DNA from: Chloroflexota bacterium | GTDB taxonomy: Bacteria > Chloroflexota > Anaerolineae > UBA1429 | Length of the DNA: 64,000 bases | Direction of reading: 5' to 3' | Assembly (NCBI GenBank): GCA_012719135.1 | Contig: JAAYAW010000035.1 | Coordinates: 3,799-67,798 of the forward strand | Shown: positions 56,490 to 64,000 of the stretch, piece after piece | Position numbering within the stretch: the first letter of the stretch is position 1 | How the letters are laid out: each line of letters starts with the position of its first letter | Notes under the pieces: model-generated | Seen by the model: only the letters and a program-made list of their open reading frames with translations | The model's database searches: none | What the model was told of the DNA's origin: nothing | Made by a program: the position numbers and the translations under genes

Positions 56490-57584
56490 CTATATAGATT
56501 GGGATTCCGAACCGGACTCGTGAAGCAACCACTGGGATACGGAGCGAAGACGATCCAGATCCGCATTCAGAGGGAGCGGGCCGGCCAGGCCCAACAGCAC
56601 GCCACTGTGCCCGGCGGAATCCGCCGCTGCCTCCTGGACCGCACGCTGGAAGGCCTCCGGAGGTTCCGGTGGGCAGAGCGCTGCCGCAGATATGCCTCCC
56701 CACAGCACGAGCCTCTCCCCAAGGCGCGCGCTGATCGCTCCGGCCGATGAGCCAGGGCCATCGGCGGCCACGTTCGTCAAGCCGCTGATGCCGGCAGTGA
56801 GAAGCGCCTCGGCGATACCGTCGACTGGTCCCAGGGAGCGCACAAGCAGCTTTTTGCGATACTCTCCCAGCTCTGCAACGGTCGTGCTGTAGGCCGGCAG
56901 CACATAATCCTCCAGGAACGCGGTCGGAAAGACGCCGGCGCCAAGGTCATCGGGGCTCAACATAAAGGTAGGCGCCAGCTGAGCCAGGGCGGTCACCAGA
57001 TCCAGATGGCTGTTGGCGAGCGCCTCCAGAATCAGGGCGATGGCCGGCTCGCCCAGGAGCGACGAGGCACGCTCCCACCCGATGAGGTCTCTGGCGACCT
57101 GTGTGGCCGGATGGGCCGGCAGCTCGATCACCAGCACACCATCGGACCCGATCTCGGCTTCCATCTCCGTGAGGCCGGCGGTATCGAGCGAGTAACTCTG
57201 GGCCCGTGCCCAGAGCACGGCCGCCGGCAGATCGGCCGCCCCGGTTACGGGATAGCCACGCTGTTGCCAGATGCCGTCAGAGTCACGTTGCCATCGCCAG
57301 ACCAGCGGCCCCGACGCCGTCTCCACCGTCAGCGTGCGGGCGGTCGCGGTGGCCTCCTTCCGGACGTGAAGGCCGGGATACTCGACCTTCCAGGGGCGCG
57401 CGACCTGCCAGATGGGAAGCCCAAGTTCGCGGTAAATCTGGGGCAACGTCTCCCCTCGCCAGGGCGATTCTGCTCCCTCGCTCTCCACCAGGCGGCGGTG
57501 CCACGCCGACAGATCGACCAGTAGGCGCGGATCGTTGCCGCCAGCGCCCGTCAGCCGGTTCCTGATCTTGCTCTGCAGGCTCAT
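56490..57584 (-). CDS. Uroporphyrinogen decarboxylase (URO-D) family protein (MtaA/CmuA-like methyltransferase fold)
   Basis: 364 aa. TIM-barrel URO-D-like pattern (LILEALANSHLDLV..., VLWGGISAAAL). Located 11 nt upstream of the HD gene stop. Confidence 0.55.
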   Translation of the reverse strand: MSLQSKIRNRLTGAGGNDPRLLVDLSAWHRRLVESEGAESPWRGETLPQIYRELGLPIWQVARPWKVEYPGLHVRKEATATARTLTVETASGPLVWRWQRDSDGIWQQRGYPVTGAADLPAAVLWARAQSYSLDTAGLTEMEAEIGSDGVLVIELPAHPATQVARDLIGWERASSLLGEPAIALILEALANSHLDLVTALAQLAPTFMLSPDDLGAGVFPTAFLEDYVLPAYSTTVAELGEYRKKLLVRSLGPVDGIAEALLTAGISGLTNVAADGPGSSAGAISARLGERLVLWGGISAAALCPPEPPEAFQRAVQEAAADSAGHSGVLLGLAGPLPLNADLDRLRSVSQWLLHESGSESQSI

Positions 57585-57797
57585 ACCTGTGTTCCCTTCG
57601 GTACGCGAGGCCGCACAAGCGGCCGCTCCTCAGCCATGATGCATTGTAAGCGCGCGGGCCGCCTGCGTCAATCGTGCCATGATCTGGACTCTGGCGCGCA
57701 CGTATGTCCGGACCTGCCGTCGTATGGCCGCGCGGTCCTATCCGTGCTATACTCGGGCCAGTATGAGCCCCAGAATACTCTTTGAGAGAGGTGTAGC

Positions 57798-59915
57798 ATG
57801 ACAGAAGCTGCAGCCCACGGAAAGCCGGCCTACCTGGACGTGTCCAGGTCCTTTGAGGAGCGCGCCAAGGACCTTGTCTCGCTAATGACGCTCCAGGAGA
57901 AGGTATCCCAGATGGTGCACGATGCGCCGGAGATCGACCGCCTGGGCATCCCCTCCTACAACTATTGGAACGAATGCCTTCACGGGGTCGCCCGAGCGGG
58001 GATCGCCACGGTGTTCCCCCAGGCCATCGGCATGGCGGCCACCTTCAATACGGCGCTGGTCAAGCGGATGGCCGAGGCCACCTCGGATGAAGCGCGTGCC
58101 AAGCACCACGAGTTCGTGCGGCAGGGCGATCACGGCATTTACAAGGGTTTGACCTTCTGGACGCCGAACATCAACATCTTTCGCGACCCGCGCTGGGGCC
58201 GGGGACAGGAAACCTACGGTGAGGATCCGTTCCTGACCAGCCGGATGGGCGTTGCGATGGTGGAGGGCCTGCAGGGAGACCACCCTCGATATCTCAAGCT
58301 GGCGGCCACCGCCAAGCACTTTGCCGTTCACAGTGCGCCGGAGGCGGACCGCCATCACTTTGACGCCATCGCCAGCCCCAGGGACATGCGCGAGACGTAC
58401 CTGCCCGCTTTTGAGGCGCTCGTCCGCGAGGCCAAGGTCGAGGCCGTGATGGGGGCCTACAACCGAACCAACGGCGAGGCCTGCTGCGCCAGCACGACGC
58501 TGCTCGCCGACATACTCCGCGATGAATGGGACTTTCAGGGACACGTCGTCTCCGACTGCTGGGCGATCCGGGACATTTGGGAGAACCACAAGATCGCTTC
58601 CAGCCCCGAAGAGGGCGTGGCGATGGCCGTCAAGGCCGGCTGCGATATCAACTGCGGCGAGGCGTATCTGTTCCTTCTCGGGGCGGTTGAGCAGGGCCTC
58701 ATCGATGAGAAGACGATCGATACGGCCGTCGAGCGGGTCATGACCACCCGGATGCGCCTGGGCATGTTCGATCCCCCGGAGATGGTTCCGTACACGAGCA
58801 TCCCCTACAGCGTGAACGACAGCGAAGAGCACCGCGCCCTATCACACCTGGTGGCCCAGGAGTCGCTGGTGTTGCTCAAGAACGACGGCACGCTGCCGCT
58901 GAAGGAAGGGCTAAAGATCGCCGTAGTCGGCCCCAACGCGGCCGATGCCGAGGTGCTTGTGGGCAACTACTCGGGCCAGCCCTCGCGGTCCGTGACGCCG
59001 CTGGAGGGCATCCGCGCCGCAGCCGGACGCCATGGCGGGTCGGTGCTGTACGCCAGGGGCTGCGGCCTGCTGGATACGGATGAGAGCGGCTTTTCGGAAG
59101 CCGTGGCGGCCGCCACGTACTCGGACCTCGTCATCGCCTGTGTCGGCATCTCCCAGCTTGTCGAGGGGGAGGAGGATCCGGCCAAGCCCTGGGCCGACCG
59201 GCCGGACATCGATCTGCCAGTTGTTCAGCAGCGCCTCCTCGAGGCCCTGGCCAGGACGGGCAAGCCTCTGGTGGTGGTGTTGCTCAACGGCAGCGCCCTG
59301 GCGGTCAACTGGGCTGACTCCCATGCTCAGGCCATCCTGGAGGCGTGGTATCCCGGTGAGGAGGGCGGAACCGCGATCGCGGAGGCGCTCTTTGGCGAGT
59401 ACAACCCGGGCGGTCGGCTGCCAATCACCTTCTACACGGGCGTCGAGCAGCTGCCTCCTCTGGAAGACTATGCCATGCAGGGCCGCACCTACCGGTTCTT
59501 TGAGGAGCAGCCGTTGTACCCCTTCGGCTTTGGCCTCTCCTACACCCAGTTTGCTTACAGCGATCTGGAGGTAACACCTCGCGTCGCGGCCGGGCAGTCC
59601 GTCAACGTGAGCGTGCGGCTCACCAACGTCGGCCCTGTCGCCGGCGATGAGGTCGTGCAGGTGTATCTGACGGATGATCAGGCCAGCTATCCGGTGCCGC
59701 TGCGGAGCCTCGTGAGCTTTGATCGCGTGCATCTCGCGCCCGGCGAATCCCGCCGCGTGGGCTTTACCATTGGCTACCGTCAGTTGGCGGCGTTCGACGA
59801 CGAGGGTACGCCTGTTGTCGAGCCCGGGACCTTTACGGTCTCGGTGGGCGGTGGGCAGCCGATCGCACAGGGCGGGGCGCCTTTCGTCACGGGCCGCTTG
59901 ACGGTTGCCGGCTAA
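57798..59915 (+). CDS. Glycoside hydrolase family 3 (beta-glucosidase/beta-xylosidase-type), cytoplasmic
   Basis: GH3 N-terminal barrel (LTLQEKVSQM, NECLHGVARAG, FWTPNINIFRDPRWGRGQETYGEDPFL with catalytic Asp in VVSDCWAI). C-terminal alpha/beta domain and FnIII-like tail. Confidence 0.9.
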   Translation: MTEAAAHGKPAYLDVSRSFEERAKDLVSLMTLQEKVSQMVHDAPEIDRLGIPSYNYWNECLHGVARAGIATVFPQAIGMAATFNTALVKRMAEATSDEARAKHHEFVRQGDHGIYKGLTFWTPNINIFRDPRWGRGQETYGEDPFLTSRMGVAMVEGLQGDHPRYLKLAATAKHFAVHSAPEADRHHFDAIASPRDMRETYLPAFEALVREAKVEAVMGAYNRTNGEACCASTTLLADILRDEWDFQGHVVSDCWAIRDIWENHKIASSPEEGVAMAVKAGCDINCGEAYLFLLGAVEQGLIDEKTIDTAVERVMTTRMRLGMFDPPEMVPYTSIPYSVNDSEEHRALSHLVAQESLVLLKNDGTLPLKEGLKIAVVGPNAADAEVLVGNYSGQPSRSVTPLEGIRAAAGRHGGSVLYARGCGLLDTDESGFSEAVAAATYSDLVIACVGISQLVEGEEDPAKPWADRPDIDLPVVQQRLLEALARTGKPLVVVLLNGSALAVNWADSHAQAILEAWYPGEEGGTAIAEALFGEYNPGGRLPITFYTGVEQLPPLEDYAMQGRTYRFFEEQPLYPFGFGLSYTQFAYSDLEVTPRVAAGQSVNVSVRLTNVGPVAGDEVVQVYLTDDQASYPVPLRSLVSFDRVHLAPGESRRVGFTIGYRQLAAFDDEGTPVVEPGTFTVSVGGGQPIAQGGAPFVTGRLTVAG

Positions 59916-59937
59916 TCACACAGGGAGCAATCGCGGA

Positions 59938-60888
59938 ATGGGTGAGCTCATCGCCGTAGAGGGTCCTCTGCCTACAGAGCGCCTGGGCACTACTCTCATG
60001 CACGAGCATGTGATGGTGGACTTTGGCGCGGAGCTTGCCCATCCGCAGCGCTGGGACCGTGATGAGGTGACGCAGGTCATGCTCCCTCACCTCCAGGAGA
60101 TCGTACGGCAGGGGGTCAATAGTCTGGTGGAGTGCACGCCGGCCTTCCTGGGCCGAGACCCCCTCCTGCTGGAGGAGCTGAGCCGGCTCACCGGACTGCA
60201 TATCATCACCAACACCGGTCTGTACAAGGAGCCGTATCTGCCCCGCTGGGCGATCCCGGCGGAACCCAAGCAACTGGCAGAGCGCTGGGTGCGCGAGTTC
60301 CACGAGGGGATCGACGGGAGCCAGGTACGCCCCGGGTTCGTCAAGATCGCACTGAACCCGGGTGGATTGCTCCCGGTTCAGCGCACGATCGTGCGTGCGG
60401 CCGCGCTCACACACCGGGCAACGGGACTGGTGGTCATGGCGCATGCCGGCGAGTTGGAGGCAACCCGGGAGAGCCTGGATCTCATCGAAGCGGAGGGCAT
60501 GTCTCCTGGGCGTTTCATCGTCGCGCATGCGGACCAGATGGCGGCGGACATCGGGCCCCAGGATCCTGCCTGGAGCCAGGCGCTGGAGATGCATGAGGAG
60601 TTGCTCAAGCGCGGGGCCTGGCTGGAGTATGATGGCCTCGGCTATGGCGACCTGGAACGTCCAGCTCAGCTCCTCGCAGAGATGATCGATCGCGGATACG
60701 AGCGACAGTTGCTGATCTCTCAGGACGCGGGCTGGTATCACGTCGGCGAGCCTAGCGGCGGCACGATCACGCCGATGACGCGACTTTTGGACGACTTTCT
60801 GCCGGCTCTGCGCCGTGCCGGCCTGGGCGCGGACACGTTGGGCGCCCTGTTGATCGATAACCCCGCTAGCGCCCTCGCCATCGGGTGA
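59938..60888 (+). CDS. Phosphotriesterase-family (PTE/PHP, amidohydrolase superfamily) protein, probable lactonase-type
   Basis: GTTLMHEHV metal-binding HxH motif, plus downstream His/Asp ligands (VMAHAG..., IVAHAD, ISQDAGWY). Starts within the GH3 3' end (coupled). Confidence 0.85.
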   Translation: MGELIAVEGPLPTERLGTTLMHEHVMVDFGAELAHPQRWDRDEVTQVMLPHLQEIVRQGVNSLVECTPAFLGRDPLLLEELSRLTGLHIITNTGLYKEPYLPRWAIPAEPKQLAERWVREFHEGIDGSQVRPGFVKIALNPGGLLPVQRTIVRAAALTHRATGLVVMAHAGELEATRESLDLIEAEGMSPGRFIVAHADQMAADIGPQDPAWSQALEMHEELLKRGAWLEYDGLGYGDLERPAQLLAEMIDRGYERQLLISQDAGWYHVGEPSGGTITPMTRLLDDFLPALRRAGLGADTLGALLIDNPASALAIG

Positions 60889-60977
60889 CCGCACAGACAC
60901 GACGCCCCTGGCGCACCTGCCGAGAGGGAGAGCCGCCAGTTGCGCATCCCGCCTCTCGTGGCTACTATGGCCGGGTG

Positions 60978-63005
60978 ATGCGCCATACCTACCGCCGGAT
61001 ACACCACGCCTTATTCGCTCTGATCGTCGCTTTGGCCGTCTGTGCCGGCCTGGTGGGATGCAGGGCGTTTTGGGTTCAGCCCGCTCCCGAAACCATCGCC
61101 CCGACTCCTGTTACGCCCCGGGCAACGCGGAGTGCCCCTTCCAGCCCAACGCCGGCGCCCGCGGAGACGGCCACGCCCCTCCCTACAGAGCCTCCCGCAA
61201 ACCGGCTCGATCTCACGGCGGAGCGTGTGCAGTACTGGTCCAACCCGAACCGCATCCTGGACGTGCTCTGGGATGGCAGTAGCCTCTGGGCCGCTACGTA
61301 TGGCGGGCTGGTACAATGGACGTCCGGAGGCGAGTATGTGATCTATGGCTTGCAGGAGGGGCTCGCCTCACAGGCGGTGCGTGCGCTGGCGGTAGACGCT
61401 CTGGGGAGACTCTGGGTGAGCTATGCGGACGTGGATGGCTACACCGTTCGCACAGGCGGCGGCTGGCAACACTATGCCACGCGCCGGGAAGCGATCGCCT
61501 CCGAGTACTCCAACCTTCTCAACTCGCAGCGTACGAGCGCGGAGATGTGGGTCAACCGGGCCGATAGCGGCTGGCTGTGGCAACCCCGCACCGATGGTGC
61601 GGTGGAGGCGTATGACGGTTCGCGCTGGCGTACCTATGGCACGGCCAACGGCGTGACGGAGGCCAGTCGCTTTGTGGCGATCTCGCCGGCCGGTCGCGTG
61701 TGGGCGGTGGGGGAGGGTATCGCCTATGCGGAGGAGGGCGAGCTCTACTGGACCGACCACACCTTTTTCTCCGAGATCGAGCGCCCCGAGGACGTAACCG
61801 ACGTGACGGTGGACGAGGAGGGGACGCTCTGGCTGACCTTTGCGGGTGACGCGCGAGGAGGGCTGATCCGCTTCGATCCCGCTCAGGAGCGCTGGGAAGG
61901 GCATCTGCATGACTTGAACCCGGCCGTTCCGAGCGGCGCTCACACCGTTCGAATCGACCCCGATGGCACGCTGTGGGTCGCCGGTTCGGAGACGATCAGC
62001 TATCATGCGCCGCAGCGCCAGTTCCGCACGATGCGGCTGGAGGGCCTTACCGTACTATCCTTTGACGAGGGCGCAGAGGCCGATATCTGGATCGGCAGCG
62101 ATACGGGCCTGTGGCGTTACGACACAGAGGAGGGCGCGCTGGATGGCCCCTGGAGCGTGCCTTCGCCACTGCCCGATAACCGGATCGTGGGGCTCGCCCT
62201 GGACGTGACGAATACGCTGTATGTGGCTACGCCGCGCGGGACCTCCTGGGTGGACGCATCCGGGAACACCGGGGTGGCCACGGAAGAGCCGCTCTCCTGG
62301 CTGGGCGTAGATGCAGCCGGCCAGGTATGGGCAGCGGGCGTTACGGGTGTCGCCAGGCTGGGTAAGGAGGGCCTCAGCGCGATCACCTATCCCAGCGAAG
62401 GTGTATTCGGCGCGGCATTCTCTCCCTCCGGGGCCCTCTATCTGATCACCGAGGATGGCAAGCTGCTTGCACATGATGGGCAGAAGACCCGTGAGCTCGC
62501 CGACGTGCGCACGTGGACGGGCGCTGACGTTCGGGCGCTCGCGGTGGACGCCGATGAAGGGGTGTGGGTGGCCACCGGAGCAGGCCTGGCCTATGTCGCC
62601 TCAGACGGCTCGCAGACGCTCTACACCAAAGATAACGGGTTGCTGAGCAACGATGTGCGCGGCATGAGCCTGGATGGCGAGGGCAATGTCTGGGTCGCGA
62701 CGGCCAGCGGCCTGGCGCGGCATCGGCCCGACGGGCGCTGGACGCGGTTCACGGTGGAAAGCACCGAGGGTGGCCTCCGGGACATGGACATGCGGGGACT
62801 GTCCGTCGGGCCGACCGGCGAGCTTTGGATGACCACGCGCGCCGGCATATCCCGCCGGGAGCCCACCGAGGCGGATTGGGCGTATGTCGACCTCCCCGGG
62901 GCGCAACGCGTCCTCCATGACGGCGAGGATAGCATCTGGGTCAGCACAGGCGCGGGTCTCTACCGCGTGCCCGCCGGCGTGTTGACGTCTGTGAGCCAGG
63001 AGTAG
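60978..63005 (+). CDS. Two-component-regulator-propeller (Reg_prop/Y_Y_Y-like) repeat protein, membrane/lipid-anchored sensor-like, no kinase domain
   Basis: N-terminal TM/lipobox (ALFALIVALAVCAGLVGC). A Pro/Thr linker, then about 11 repeats of the G-x-LWVAT-x-x-GL type. The alternative start is 60885. Confidence 0.55.
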   Translation: MRHTYRRIHHALFALIVALAVCAGLVGCRAFWVQPAPETIAPTPVTPRATRSAPSSPTPAPAETATPLPTEPPANRLDLTAERVQYWSNPNRILDVLWDGSSLWAATYGGLVQWTSGGEYVIYGLQEGLASQAVRALAVDALGRLWVSYADVDGYTVRTGGGWQHYATRREAIASEYSNLLNSQRTSAEMWVNRADSGWLWQPRTDGAVEAYDGSRWRTYGTANGVTEASRFVAISPAGRVWAVGEGIAYAEEGELYWTDHTFFSEIERPEDVTDVTVDEEGTLWLTFAGDARGGLIRFDPAQERWEGHLHDLNPAVPSGAHTVRIDPDGTLWVAGSETISYHAPQRQFRTMRLEGLTVLSFDEGAEADIWIGSDTGLWRYDTEEGALDGPWSVPSPLPDNRIVGLALDVTNTLYVATPRGTSWVDASGNTGVATEEPLSWLGVDAAGQVWAAGVTGVARLGKEGLSAITYPSEGVFGAAFSPSGALYLITEDGKLLAHDGQKTRELADVRTWTGADVRALAVDADEGVWVATGAGLAYVASDGSQTLYTKDNGLLSNDVRGMSLDGEGNVWVATASGLARHRPDGRWTRFTVESTEGGLRDMDMRGLSVGPTGELWMTTRAGISRREPTEADWAYVDLPGAQRVLHDGEDSIWVSTGAGLYRVPAGVLTSVSQE

Positions 63006-63025
63006 GAAATCAGCGTGGCACCACC

Positions 63026-64000
63026 ATGGCCTGGGGAAGGGTAAGCGTGGACGACGAGAGCATCCAGATCGGATACGGCCCGGGCTCCCTGGTGGCCTCT
63101 GGCGCGGACATATGCCAGGATCTCGAGCCCAGTCTCGTGGCTCGCAAGGGGCGCCTGACGCTCCTGGCGTCGGACGACGTTGACCCGGCAGCGATCGCCT
63201 GGCTCTGTCACGACTATTACGGGAACCGTTCCTTTGATGTGATTCCAACCCTGGTTCACAGCCTGTCGCAGGCGTATCGCGACCATCCGGAACTGGAAGA
63301 GCATCTCTTTCTGGCCCTTGTCCAGCGCGGCCTGGACACGTTCATGGTGGGGACGGCCCGGGCCGTGGTGCGGCTCGCGCGGTATGATGTCGTTCGTGAT
63401 CTGTATGACCCGGAGGCGGCACAGACAGGCTATCGGGTATCGCTGAGAGAGCACCCGAGCAACGGACCGGCGCCCACGCTGTATTCGACCGTTTGGCGCG
63501 TTGTGCGGGGCGACATGATGCTCGTTACGCTGCGATCCGTCGCGGCACGGATCGGCACGACCGCGCTGGTCAGGGCGTCCCGACAGATGGCCCGGCCGGA
63601 GCGCGTGGTTCGCTCGCTGGCGCGCTCGCTACCCGCGGCGGACCCCGCCCCCCTCATTATCGTCCGGTATTCCCAGATATCGCCGGTTCCGGACGTCCCG
63701 GCGCCGCCGCGCCCCGAGGGCGAGCCAACGCCTGCCCCTCACATACCGCGTCCACGCCGCCAGGGGGTATCGCCACTGCTGATCGCGGGCCTTCTCGCGC
63801 TGGCCTCGGTACTCTACTCCGCCTGGGCCACCGGCACGCAGATCAAGCCGGAGGAGATCCCGGGGTATCTGCAGATGTACTTTTTCCCAGAGCCCACGCC
63901 GACGGCCACGCCCACGCTGAGTCCGGAGGAGGTACTGGAGGCCGAGAGCCGCATCATCTACGTGGCGCCACAGCCCGTGGCGCCGTACAACGGCGCTCGC
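63026..64000 (+). CDS. Hypothetical protein with internal TM helix, 3'-partial (runs off window end)
   Basis: ATG at 63026. Open frame to 64000 with high GC3 and no stops (translated manually). Contains LLIAGLLALASVLYSAW. Absent from the ORF track because it has no stop in the window. Confidence 0.5.
   Translation, partial: MAWGRVSVDDESIQIGYGPGSLVASGADICQDLEPSLVARKGRLTLLASDDVDPAAIAWLCHDYYGNRSFDVIPTLVHSLSQAYRDHPELEEHLFLALVQRGLDTFMVGTARAVVRLARYDVVRDLYDPEAAQTGYRVSLREHPSNGPAPTLYSTVWRVVRGDMMLVTLRSVAARIGTTALVRASRQMARPERVVRSLARSLPAADPAPLIIVRYSQISPVPDVPAPPRPEGEPTPAPHIPRPRRQGVSPLLIAGLLALASVLYSAWATGTQIKPEEIPGYLQMYFFPEPTPTATPTLSPEEVLEAESRIIYVAPQPVAPYNGAR

Noticed and set aside
57600-57640. GAGGCCGC-acaa-GCGGCCGC hairpin and TATACT box upstream of GH3
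   Set aside because: The short 6-8-bp stem lies upstream, not downstream, of the adjacent genes. The -10-like TATACT has no matching -35. Possibly regulatory, but unsupported.
1-64000. CRISPR arrays, tRNA/rRNA genes, IS elements/transposases, integrases, prophage genes
   Set aside because: Intergenic regions were scanned for direct repeats with regular spacers, the tRNA T-arm consensus (GTTCRANYC), 3'-CCA, and transposase/integrase-like ORFs. None were found. The only repeats are protein-level (Asp-box, FN3, propeller) or short palindromes.

Overview
This is a 64-kb stretch of a very high-GC (~67%) bacterial chromosome with dense coding on both strands. No rRNA, tRNA, CRISPR array or mobile element is evident. 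Three blocks stand out.

(A) 1-12 kb is a housekeeping/accessory mix. It holds argJ, a serpin, two sugar-phosphate isomerases, a four-carbon-acid sugar kinase flanked by two paralogous histidine phosphatases, and an overlapping cobO / Fe-alcohol dehydrogenase / Wzx-like flippase operon.

(B) 12-35 kb is a cell-surface glycan locus.
- It encodes a 1107-aa fused GHMP sugar kinase + UDP-sugar pyrophosphorylase, a GalU-like nucleotidyltransferase and a SAM methyltransferase.
- Downstream is a translationally coupled operon: UDP-HexNAc dehydrogenase, hexapeptide acyltransferase, GT2 polyprenyl-P-sugar synthase, B12-binding radical SAM enzyme, and a Wzy_C/O-antigen-ligase-like protein with a TPR tail.
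- It ends in a 1268-aa Asp-box (BNR) surface protein with a C-terminal TM anchor, and a convergent secreted C25 (gingipain-family) peptidase with FN3 repeats.
- This looks like an undescribed protein/surface O-glycosylation system with a radical-SAM sugar-tailoring step.

(C) 35-64 kb:
- hpt sits with a DUF gene behind a promoter / ~290-nt ORF-less leader / strong terminator. This is a riboswitch-like or sRNA candidate.
- A cytoplasmic glycan-catabolism cluster follows: GH2, 2x GH127, GH35-like, GHL6-like, GH3 and an MFS transporter.
- It is interleaved with an orphan glycyl-radical activase, a PhzF protein, a UroD-family / HD / MetH-activation-domain-like triad, a phosphotriesterase-family protein and a propeller sensor.

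Gene starts were refined from the ORF track by amino-acid offset plus RBS inspection. All functional calls rest on motif recognition, not database searches.
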